Assembly (NCBI RefSeq): GCF_902652985.1 | Contig: NC_047029.1 | Span: 3,844,001 to 3,908,000, forward strand | Origin: Pecten maximus | Taxonomy: Eukaryota | Length of the DNA: 64,000 bases | Reading direction: 5' to 3' | In this document: positions 13,302-25,400 of the stretch, piece after piece | Layout of the letters: each line of letters begins with the position of its first letter | Position numbering within the stretch: the stretch's first letter is position 1 | The notes under the pieces: generated by a model | The model's database searches: none | Told to the model about the DNA's origin: nothing | What the model saw: the letters and a program-made list of their open reading frames with translations, nothing else | Translations under genes and position numbers: made by a program

Positions 13302-14048
13302 ATGACTGGAAGACTACTACTAGCGTTTGACTTTGACCATACAATGGTTGACGAGAACAGTGACCTGTGGGTGAAAAGACTTGCCCCTGGGGGAGAACTA
13401 CCACAGGAGATCGAGGACAAATACAGCGATGATGGCTGGACTCATTATATGGGCACCATATTCCAGTACCTCCATAGTACAGGTGTCAAACAGTCTGATA
13501 TCCAGCAATGCCTCACCGAGATACCTCTCACTAGTGGATTTAAACAACTACTTGATCATGCACACAAACAAGGTCATGAGTGCATTGTCATTTCTGACTC
13601 AAACTCAACATTTATTCAATACATCTTAGAGCATTACAATTTAGAAAATATAGTTTCTAAAGTATACACTAACCCAGCTGAGTTTGATACGGAGGGTTGT
13701 CTGCAAATCGACTTCTACCACCACCAGGACTGGTGTGATCTTAGCACCGAGAACTTGTGCAAGGGCCACATTCTCACAGAACACATCAGGCAGCAGGCTT
13801 CACTAGGCCATACCTACAGTCATGTGGTTTATGTTGGGGATGGCTCCAATGACCTTTGTCCCTCTCTGACCTTGTCAGATAATGATTATGTCTGCCCTAG
13901 AGTTAATCTACGTCTGTGGAAGAAGGTTAATGCCATTCTCGCTGGTGAAGAGAAATATAAAAAGTATAGTCTGAAAGCCAAGGTACTGGAATGGGAATCT
14001 GGAACAGAAATTTTGAAACTAATCAAAGAACTGGAATCTGAAAAGTGA
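13302..14048 (+). CDS. PHOSPHO2: PHOSPHO1/PHOSPHO2-family HAD phosphatase (pyridoxal phosphate / phosphoethanolamine phosphatase-like), 248 aa, single coding exon
   Basis: ATG directly follows acceptor ttgcag (13296-13301). HAD motifs DFDHT (I), ISDSN (II), NLCKG (III), YVGDGSNDLCP (IV), plus the family signature VYTNPAEFD. Candidate non-coding first exon ends at donor aag|gtttgt (11649/11650). The PHOSPHO2 rather than PHOSPHO1 label rests mainly on synteny with CFAP210. Confidence 0.9.
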   Translation: MTGRLLLAFDFDHTMVDENSDLWVKRLAPGGELPQEIEDKYSDDGWTHYMGTIFQYLHSTGVKQSDIQQCLTEIPLTSGFKQLLDHAHKQGHECIVISDSNSTFIQYILEHYNLENIVSKVYTNPAEFDTEGCLQIDFYHHQDWCDLSTENLCKGHILTEHIRQQASLGHTYSHVVYVGDGSNDLCPSLTLSDNDYVCPRVNLRLWKKVNAILAGEEKYKKYSLKAKVLEWESGTEILKLIKELESEK

Positions 14049-14799
14049 TTTTGTTATTGATTTAGACTTGATTTATTAACAAATTGAATGTTCCCATCAT
14101 CATGAGTGTTACTACACAACATTTTACCATACTTTAATTACTTGACAATGTCAAATATGATAATTGTTCTATTGTAATGCTTTTGATTTCAGAATAAATG
14201 ATTTAACTTACACACATTAGCAATAATATCACAGAAATACTACAGGTTGATGCTAACTGTACTGCCTCTACCACATAAATCACACAACATCCTTTCTGCC
14301 ACGGTTTATCAATATCAGGAATCCAGGCCTATCCATTAAACATCAAGTGTAAGTAAGGCCTAAAATAAAATATTGATTGTTTCCCCTTTCTTACCTACCC
14401 ACCCAACCCCCTACTCAAAACATTTCATTGTGGTTTTTCAGTCAAAAAATATTTTGTCACTTCTGTTTTCTTAAGCAATGTTTATACGTTTTAATCTTTA
14501 TGAGTTTACATATTAATTAATTTCTGTGTTTTGTTGTTTATGATCTACCTTCATATAATACACTTAATATTTTACTAATGATATAAAGTGTCTTAAGTTT
14601 AGGAAGGCAGTAAATAATTATGTAGCCATAATTGTTTTCTTTGAACAAAAAAAACCCCTAAAATATTTTACCTACGCAAAGTATGGCATGGGTCAGGAAA
14701 GGAAAAACAAAACATATTTTTAATGCTAGCCTTATGCGCAGATCTCAGATATCCATTAAACACATATTAGAAGTTTTAATTACCACGGGACCGATCCAC

Positions 14800-17155
14800 T
14801 CTATTTGACCCTTAAAGGACAGCGGTGTTGGTTAACAGGGGTTCCAAGTTGTCCATTAAACAACAGTAATGTTGGTTACAAGGGACTCCAGTCAATCTAT
14901 TAAACAAAGGTGTTGGTGACCAGGGGCTCCAATCTATTAATCAAACAACAGATGTGTTGATTACAAGTGGTCCAGTGTATCTATTAAACAACAGAGGGGT
15001 TGGTTACCAAGGATACAGTCTATCAATTAAACAACAGATATGTTGGTTACCAGGGTCTCAGACTATATATTAAACAACAAAGCTGTTGGTTACCAAGAAC
15101 CGTTATATGTGATCAAATAAGTGACAGAGGTGTCGGTTACCATGGTCCCCAGTCTATCCATTAAATGACAGAGGTGTTGGTTACCGTGGTCCCCAGTCTA
15201 TCCATTTAATGACAGAGGTGTTGGTTACCATGGTTCCCAGTCTATCCATTAAATGACAGAGGTGTTGGTTACTGTGGTCCCCAGTCTATCCATTAAATGA
15301 CAGAGGTGTTGGTTACCAATGTCCTCAGTCTATCCATTAAATGACAGAGGTGTTGGTTACCGTGGTCCCCAGTCTATCCATTTAATGACAGAGGTGTTGG
15401 TTACCATGGTCCCCAGTCTATCCATTTAATGACAGAGGTGTTGGTTACCATGGTCCCCAGTCTATCCATTTAATGACAGAGGTGTTGGTTACCATGGTCC
15501 CCAGTCTATCCATTAAATGACAGAGGTGTTGGTTACCGTGGTCCCCAGTCTATCTATTTAAAGACAGAGGTGTTGGTTACCGTGGTCCCCAGTCTATCCA
15601 CTAAATGACAGAGGTGTTGGTTACCATGGTCCCCAGTCTATCCATTAAATGACAGAGGTGTTGGTTACCATGGTCCCCAGTCTATCCATTAAATGACAGA
15701 GGTGTTGGTTACCATGGTCCCCAGTCTATCCATTTAATGACAGAGGTGTTGGTTACCATGGTCCCCAGTCTATCCATTAAATGACAGAGGTGTTGGTTAC
15801 CAATGTCCTCAGTCTATCCATTAAATGACAGAGGTGTTGGTTACCGTGGTCCCCAGTCTATCCATTTAATGACAGAGGTGTTGGTTACCATGGTCCCCAG
15901 TCTATCCATTTAATGACAGAGGTGTTGGTTACCATGGTCCCCAGTCTATCCATTTAATGACAGAGGTGTTGGTTACCATGGTCCCCAGTCTATCCATTAA
16001 ATGACAGAGGTGTTGGTTACCGTGGTCCCCAGTCTATCTATTTAAAGACAGAGGTGTTGGTTACCGTGGTCCCCAGTCTATCCACTAAATGACAGAGGTG
16101 TTGGTTACCATGGTCCCCAGTCTATCTATTTAATGACAGAGGTGTTAGTTACCATGGTCCCAAGTCTATCTATTTAATGACAGAGGTGTTGGTTACCATG
16201 GTCCCCAGTCTATCCATTTAATGACAGAGGTGTTGGTTACCATGGTCCCCAGTCTATCCATTAAATGCCAGAGGTGTTGGTTACTGTGGTCCCCAGTCTA
16301 TCCATTAAATGACAGAGGTGTTGGTTACCAATGTCCTCAGTCTATCCATTAAATGACAGAGGTGTTGGTTACCGTGGTCCCCAGTCTATCCATTAAATGA
16401 TTGAGGTGTTGGTTACCAGACTGTTTCAGTCTTTCCATTAAATGACAGAGGTGTTGGTTACTATGGTCCCCAGTCTATCCATTAAATGACAAAGGTGTTG
16501 GTTACCATGGTCCCCAGTCTATCCATTAAATGCCAGAGGTGTTGGTTACCGTGGTCCCCAGTCTATCCATTAAATGATCGAGGTGTTGGTTACCAGACTG
16601 TTTTAGTCTTTCCATTAAATGACAGGTGTTGGTTACTATGGTCCCCAGTCTATCCACTAAATGACAGAGGTGTTGGTTACCGTGGTCCCCAGTCTATCCA
16701 TTAAATGACAGAGGTGTTGGTTACCATGGTCCCCAGTCTATCCATTAAATGACAGAGGTGTTGGTTACCATGGTCCCCAGTCTATCTATTTAATGACAGA
16801 GGTGTTGGTTACCATGGTCCCCAGTCTATCCATTAAATGACAGAGGTGTTGGTTACCATGGTCCCCAGTCTATCTATTAAATGACAGAGGTGTTGGTTAC
16901 CGTGGTCCCCAGTCTATCCATTTAATGACAGAGGTGTTGGTTACCATGGTCCCCAGTCTATCCATTAAATGACAGAGGTGTTGGTTACCATGTTCCCCAG
17001 TCTATCCATTAAATGACAAAGGTGTTGGTTACCATGGTCCCCAGTCTATCCATTAAATGACAGAGGTGTCGGTTACCATGTTCCCCAGTCTATCCATTAA
17101 ATGACAGAGGTCTTGGTTACCAGACTGTTCCAGTCTATCCATTTAATGGCAGATG
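14800..17155. repeat. 44-bp satellite, about 46 homogeneous copies from 15122, with a degenerate 5' edge
   Basis: Unit GACAGAGGTGTTGGTTACCATGGTCCCCAGTCTATCCATTAAAT. Confidence 0.97.
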
Positions 17156-18195
17156 TATTAATATAAATGTAGTAGTTTGAAGTTTCAACATGTTTTGTCC
17201 TCAACAATGCTTGTTATATCCATCCAATTAAGGAAGTAAATACCTGGTAACTTTAATTGATGTTTGCTTAAATTATATTTTATAAGTGGACCAACATAGC
17301 TTGAAGAACAGCTAGTCTGAATTGAATGCAATTATATTGAGCACTACCATAATATTCAAGCGTTGTATTGATAGATTTTTATATAATTGTACAGATGCAG
17401 TTATATCTGGGTATCAAATGATGTAAGTGCAGCGTAGCTTACTCCAATCAACTGTGTCTTCATTGATGATAGCTATAATAGTATACATCAATCAACTTTT
17501 GCCCCAAAAGAGGGCAAATATACCACAGTAATGAAAGTTCCATTGAAAGAATTGTAAACATCACATATAACCAGGGCTAATCTTTAATGGGTCAAAAGCA
17601 TTTTTTTTTTGTCGAAGAGCTATTTTTTCTGGTATGTGTGTAGTGTCCTCATTTACATGTCGGTGTAGCCAGAGAGCAAATTGTAGAATTAATACTGGTA
17701 GTACCCGAATGTTTCATATTCATACAGAGTTATTGCCTTTTGTACGCTTTTCTATATACTGTACCATTATAATAATTTTCTTTGTACTAAAAAGTGATTT
17801 TGAGTAATTTTTGATATAGTTATTATAAAATACAGTATTACTCACCGTATGTACAAAAACTTTGATACATTATCTTTAACGTCCTGAGTATGGCACAATC
17901 AGAGTGTTATAATAAAATCAGTATCTTTTCTGTCAAGATGTTAATCTAGCTATTAATTGTTCAGCTTGACTTTGGAACCTAAACAAATTTATAGGTCAAT
18001 TTGAATCATCATTTCTGGTGTGAGAGTTACAAATGTGCACCCAGAAGTTTTTTCGACTGTAAATCTACTGCACAGTGTGATATGTCGTCTCTGGTTTCTA
18101 GCAGTACGTATAGTTTGTAATGGAAGTTTTCTGCCAAATTATGATTTGCTCTAAATTTAAATGTAGTTTCTGCAGGATATTGATTTCTACACAGG

Positions 18196-18613
18196 CAATC
18201 TAATTAAAATCTAGATGGTCATTCTCACTACGTTACATCTAACAACATCCCATAAGGGGTCAAGTCGGGGTGACCTTTTGGATTAGCCAATCAAATGACT
18301 ACTTACAGAATCTTGGAAGTGAAAATTATTTGTCCGAATGAGCATGACTAGAGTGCACAGCTTGCATAATCTGTCAATTTATTTCAAGTCATTTCGTCCC
18401 AGAATGCATATAGCTTCATGTTTATATATGCTGTGCTGAAAGGGTTTGCTTCAGATGCATACTGTGACGAAATGGTTTGCTTCGATGACATCGACAAATT
18501 GACGATTCGCCCTAAAAGTGAAATATAAGGTCATCAGAACCTGACCCTTATGGGATGTTGTTAGATGTTCATGTAACGTAGAGAGAATGGCCATCTAGGT
18601 TTTAATTAGATTT
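18196..18613. mobile_element. MITE with ~70-bp TIRs and 8-9-bp TSD (hAT/Mutator-like)
   Basis: AATCTAATTAAAATCTAGATGG…CATCTAACAACATCCCATAAGGG and its reverse complement; flanking CTACACAG at 18187-18194 and 18614-18621. Confidence 0.8.
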
Positions 18614-18818
18614 CTACACAGTCATCTGGATGTGGTTAGTATTTATAAGACAAAATATTAGACCGTTCTCTTACACACTATTACATATAGTAGGAGTAGG
18701 AGCTAGTATTTGTTTCTATACAGGTAAATACCAACTAGGTGCAGACAGCTGTGATTTCTACAACAACAATTGTATCATTGGGCCAATTCAAGAAGCACTA
18801 AATTTCGAGTGCACCAGT

Positions 18819-19036
18819 GGCCGCGGTGTCCGAGTGGTTGAGGTGTCCCTGACACTTTATCACTAGCCCTCCAACACTTGGTTGCGAGTTCGAAACCTAC
18901 GTGGGGCAGTTGCCAGGTACTGACTGTAGGCCAGTGGTTCTTCTCCGGGTACTCTGGCTTTCCTCCACCTCCAAAACCTGGCACGTCCTTAAATGACCCT
19001 GGCTGTTAATAGGACGTTAAACAAAAACAAACCAAA
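18819..19036 (+). mobile_element. tRNA-derived V-domain SINE, copy 2 (same family)
   Basis: Highly similar to 3959-4179; flanking direct repeat GAGTGCACCA (18807-18816 and 19039-19048). Confidence 0.9.
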
Positions 19037-21491
19037 TTGAGTGCACCAAAATATGTACTATATTACAGTATTATTGCTAGCCCACAAGGTTTGTAAGATG
19101 TGAGGAGCAATATGAAATATATCCACTGTACATATGTGACTTCATCAAGATTTAGACTCATTTTCATCAAAACAGGAGCAAGAACACTAGCTGTTTTACC
19201 TTCTTTTTCTACTTGTAGAAATGATTTATGAAATTATTTTTGAATAAATATTGATTTGACACAAGGTGTATGAAACTTTTTAACTTTTTAAAATCCAGCA
19301 TATGCTTGTTAAGTTATTAGTCCTAACCAGAACTCAGGGGGGACTTTTAGTTTTGTGTTGTGTCCGTCAGTCCCTCTGTCCGTCCGTCCTTTCATCCTTC
19401 GTCCATCCTTCTGCACATTATTTTCTCTAGGCCAGACAAAAATAGTCAAGCATTCATGGTTATAATGGAGCTCAGGGAACCACAAAAAGTTGACCTTAAA
19501 AAGTTCACTGCTGAAATACTTGTATCTGTAAAAGTTTTCAATAAAAAAAGCAAAAAGAAAAAGTTAAACAATTTTTTAGGAATTTTAACAAATTTAATGG
19601 AACTGATGCAAAATCAATGATTAGATTGATTAACAGATTCAGTGTAATGTGGTAGGACAATTTATCAATGTAACAATGAACAAGGCAGATGAATAAACAA
19701 ATCAACCATGTTTTGTACACTACTCTAACAATATATATCAATAACCGTAACGACCACATGTCAATTTAGAAGGAGTCACTTACCTGGGGTAAAAACATGT
19801 TCAACTAAAAGCTTTCTAAAATTTCATTTTTGTTTTAAACAGCAATTCTCATTAATCACCAATATTTCTTCATTTCAAAATAATTTATTTCCTTACAAGG
19901 GTTATTCCTGGACCAGGATAATATCTACCCAAAGGGAGGACTTCTGGTTTGTCATCATAGGCACCCACTGAAGTTATTTAATTCAAACAGCATTGTATTA
20001 TATATTAGACTGTATTTCCAATCATAGAATGTCTTTATTTCTGGATTCATCCCATTGGATATTTGACTTGAATAACCCTGACCTGTTTTTAAAATAAAAC
20101 ATACATATTCAATATCAATATGTCAAGTAATAAGTTCTTGATTGATAAAGATATTTTTCATCAAACTCCAATATAGTTTATCATCAAAAGTTGTTTGTGG
20201 GTACAGGACGGTATTTTCAAAATATTTTCAAAATAAAAAGTTTAAATATGAATTAAAATCACTGTAAAGTACACCCCCTCCTGCCAAGAAATCAGACCTT
20301 GATTATGTATAACAAAATTAAGACAGACATTTTCTGCACAGTGTTTACCCCACTGCCAGTGGATGGCTTAAATATACAACTGACCGCCCACTCTCTCCAA
20401 CTAAAACCCTCAGATACATTTGTAGAAAGTCATAATAAGAAAGTACATGTACTTGATAATCAGATTTACAATGAGATGAATTGTACAGGCAAAACTCAAA
20501 ATGGTGATGGAAGCATGTATCACTTTGATGATCATCGAAGGAGTTTGTTCGGTTTGTTCAGTGGTGACCACACTCAGTTTTTCCCAACCACAGGTCACCT
20601 GACTAACCAGGATTCCCGGAGATAGCTCTCGCGGGTTTCCTACATTTTGGATATCACACCCCACATCATGATTATTACATTCACCCAGCAGGTGACAACA
20701 ATGGTAATTAGTGGATTATTGAAAACGTAATAAGAAATCTTTGTGAATAATTATTGAGTTGAGTTTGGCTGTATAGACATGAAAATATCAATTTTAAATT
20801 CACACAAATTAAACAATTTTTTTTTGAAAATCTACAATGTATAACAGTAAAATTGATTTTCTTTTCTAAAAATAAGTTAAATGTCTATCACAGTAAGCTA
20901 GAATAACAGATGTATGCCAAAATGTCAGATATATATCAAGTGTGATATCAAAAACAACAGAAAAAAATGGCCGTCCATAAAAACATCACTCAGTCCGACT
21001 CTCTTAATCAGCTTAAACCCAGAAAACTGGCAAAGGCCCCACTCTATAAGAGCTAATAGCTTTACCTCCAAAATTACCTTATTAGGTAAATTCAAAATAT
21101 GGAAGTCTAACATACACCATAAATCCACCAAAAAAACCATTTAAGATACTGACTATATGTATGCATCGAAAGTATACAGTACATAATTATATGTGTATAC
21201 ATAATATATTGCATATTATAATTGTTTTCAAAATATAAAGTTAGGCACAGAATTTGTTGAAATATATTTTTCTATAAAGATTCTATTTTAACCTATACAA
21301 AAATGTAATTGTATAAGAGTTGAACAGAGTTAAATACACCCTACTGATTGTAGTTTTGAGTCAAAATGTAATATTATTTTTTAAGCAAGGTTACCACACG
21401 TAGAGAACTACCTATTTTGTTTGATCTCGTTTTCTTTGTATAGAGCTACAATGTACCAACATGTAAATCATAAAACTGACCTAGATGGATA

Positions 21492-21712
21492 CTGTAAACG
21501 CGGAAATTTACGCAAGGGTGAAATTTCACCAATTATGCGGATCCATTTTGATCGCGAAAATTTCCCCCATGTGTATTATTTTGATATTAATTTGAGTAAG
21601 CTCGAACAACAAACGAAGGTGGGTCAATTGTGAAATTAAATTACCCCCAGGCATATAGTTTACGTATCAAAATCGTGAAATTAAACCCCCGCGAATATAA
21701 CCACGTTTACAG
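21492..21712. mobile_element. TA-flanked MITE (Tc1/mariner-type), copy 1
   Basis: TA|CTGTAAACG…CGTTTACAG|TA; second copy at 29985-30187. Confidence 0.85.
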
Positions 21713-22407
21713 TATATGCTTGTCATTCACACTACTGATCTGTAGTATTGCGTCATAAAACACATGCAATATTTTTTTAAGTGATGCATAAAATCAATTA
21801 CTTGGTAGATCATAGTACTGTGATCAGAGTCCACACACTGAGTGTCCATTACATTAGTTAATATTGCCCAATTCATTGATTCATAGAATGTTGTGACTGA
21901 TTGCCGAACAAAACTGACACTGCATGCAGATTAATCAGCTGATATTTTAGTCTGTTCACCAGTATATACGTGACTGGTGTTGGAAATTCTTTGATCAGAT
22001 CTACGACATTGTACAAACACACAGAATTTAATATGAAATACAGCCTTCTTAACACCCATTTGTCTTCATTATTGTGGTGTGGATACCATCAGTTGGGAAC
22101 TATACTGATCCATCATACCGGAAAACCAACATGGTACCTCCACATCCATTAAATACCCCAACTCATCAAACCACTGTATCACAAAAAAAAAGAGAGAAAA
22201 AAGAAATCATGGCACCATGTCAAGTCACTTCTTTTTTTAAATTAAGAAAAAAATAATTGAAAAAAAAAATATTGCAGGTCACACAAAACAGATATAATTA
22301 ATGACATAACAAAAATGCTCGACAACAACAGCTGTGTTCCAATATCTAGGTCAGAGAGATATCTTGAATGTTAGAATGTCCTTGTACTGGTGGTCGTGAC
22401 AGAGGAG

Positions 22408-25400
22408 TTACTTCTTGTGGGCCTGAGGTGGGTAAGGTGAGTACTGAAATAGAAAGGATTTTCATATAAGTCTTGAATTGGTCATCACTTTGGATATGTA
22501 CAATGCACAGGTACTCATGGAAAGTTTACAATATCATAGTATTGTGGGAAGTGATATTTTCTATACGCAGCCAGATTAAAGCCACTAACACAGGTTATGA
22601 TACCTACAATTGTACAACATTACTATATCATTAGCACAGCATTACTTCAGCATACCAAAGAACAAGAGGCCGATGGGCCTGTATCACTCACCTGCTACTA
22701 AAGGAAAATTATGTCATGTCTATGTTGCTAAGCTGAATACTTCTTGATTTCAAAATGACAGAAGGATAAGTGTATAAGACAAACTTTGTAGCCCTTCAAC
22801 CCAGCATATTCCTGGCTATATAATGAACCGAGCTCTTTTCCTTATTAAGTTAGAAAATAATAATAACAATTTTGACAACTGTGACCTTGAAATTAAGTCA
22901 AGATTGTTCATTTGAACAAACCCTGTACCCCCTTCCTCCAAGGATGTTACAGGCCCAAAATCAGGTATGTGGGCCTATTTGTTATCAAGAGATTGTTTAA
23001 AAGATTTTAGCATGTTTGACCAAGGTGTCCTTGGAATACTTAATTCAATGCCATTCATTTGAACAAACTTGGCAGCCCTTCAACCCAGGATTTTATAGGC
23101 CAATATCAGGTCTCTGGACGGCTAGGTTATCGAGAAGAAGTTGTTGAAATATTAAGCACATTTGAAGCAGATGACCTTGAAAGTAGGTCAAGGTTATCCA
23201 TCTAAATATCTAGTAGACTAAAGCCCAATATAAGGCCTCTGAGTCTCTAGGATGGTGAGAAGAATTTTTTGAAGGCAAAAAGTTGATTTCACTTCAATTT
23301 GAACATGTATATGTTATTGGTGTTTGGAATAGGGAAAGAATCAATCATACAACTGTCAGCCCTACCTACATTCATATTTACAATTCAAGATTCTCAATTT
23401 TACCCTAAAAGTAGACAAAAGACATCCGACCATTAAACTGTGTAGTTAAAATGTATAAGTTTATCAAAATACACTTTTATGAGGTTTATAATATTGATCA
23501 TGCATCATCTCACAAATGGATAGAAAAAGTTGGAGTATATGGCCAACAGTTATAACTTTGATGTGACACTTACAATGAGTCTGACGCCAAACTGTCCATG
23601 GTCACCACACCCAGTGGCGAGCGCGGCCTTGAGTTGTCCAGAGGGCAGCACACCCACATATTGACCATGCACCTTCTTTGACATGAGAGAGACAAACTGG
23701 TTACCAAATGAGGACAGCTGAAGTAGAGTTTCTACACCATGTTTGCTTCCTGGTGGCTACAAATAGTATTTGAATAATACATTTAATTTTAGTGTCTCCA
23801 AACCATATTTACCTCTGAGGTTCTAGAAACATATTAACAACATATCACATCTTCACATAAACAGTTGACTCCTTGGATCATAAATTAGAGTGACTTGAGC
23901 TATTTATACAGGGTCATGTGATTTTTTTTATAAAGGGTCATGTGACTATTTATACAGGGTCATGTGACTATTAACACAGGGTCATGTGACTATACAGGGT
24001 CATGTGATATGTATCTGCAGTAAGAAAGTTAGATATATAGTTATTTGTGGAGGCTATAGCTAGATTGTAGAACATGTCTAACATGTACAATTGTCCTCTG
24101 TACTTCTCTCAATGTAAATCAAGATATTATTAATCTACCATGTAAAACTACGGTCAGCAGACCTTGCATTCAGCAACATACATGTATTAATCTATCATAG
24201 ACACCTCATATGGAGCACAACTGTAATGTTTATACAATATGTACATGTAGTTTAACATGATTGGTATTTATTTGGCAATAAACCCATGTTTAGTAATAAG
24301 ACTACCTGCATCTATTAGCTGTTCTTTAAAATATCCATCAAATTAAAGGTCACACAGAATATTTTATGAGTGTGCCATAAATAGGTATAACATATATGTT
24401 ATATTATACCACACAAGGCATTATATACCATATGTTATGTATCACACAAAACATTATAAACCATATGTTATAAACCACACAAAACATTATAAACCATAAT
24501 ATGTTATATATCACATAAGAGTGTTGTAAATCATATGTGATACAGATGTGTACAGGAATATTATATGGTTTGGTTTGTAATATTCTGTACATTTCTGTAT
24601 ACCATATAGTTTGTTCATTATAAACCATATTCAGCATATTCAGAATGCATATCATTGTCATACATGTAGCTTAATAGAGCATATACATGTAATGTAGCTT
24701 ATTGTACATGTAGAGTAGTATTTTATTTAGAATACCAATGTAAACAGAATTTCAAACAATTACGTACCATGTTGACGAGGCAAGTGTTACCATTGGAGAT
24801 GGCCAGGTAGTTGTTATTGTTATGAAGACGCACCTGATTTTTGCCTTCGTTAACCACTGTCCAGATAGCTGTAAATAGTCCATGTATATAATTTGATATC
24901 AATATTTTGTATTAATCTACCTGTTTGAGTATTAAAAATCCAAAATTTGTCAACACCACTGTATTTATATCTTTCCTTTTAGACATGGAAATAACATTCT
25001 GATCTTTGATCTTAAAACACTTGGATTTCCTCCCTGCATCTAACTAAATACTAGAATTTCCTCCACACTTCAAACTAAACACTAGGATTTTGTTTCCACC
25101 CCTAACTAGACACTGGGATTTTCTCCTCACCCCTAACTAGACACTTGGATTTCCCATCCCACACTAAACACTAGGATTTCCTCCCAACCCCAAACTAAAC
25201 ACTGAAATTTTCTCCCCATCCCAAACTAAACACTAGGATTTCCTCCCAACCCCAAACTAAACACTTGGATTTACTCCCCACCCTTAACTAAACACTGGTA
25301 TTCCCTCCCCACCCCTAACTATAAACACTAGTATCCCCTCCCCACCCCTAACTTATTGATCTGATATTCCCTACCCACCCCTAACTATAAACACTAGTAT

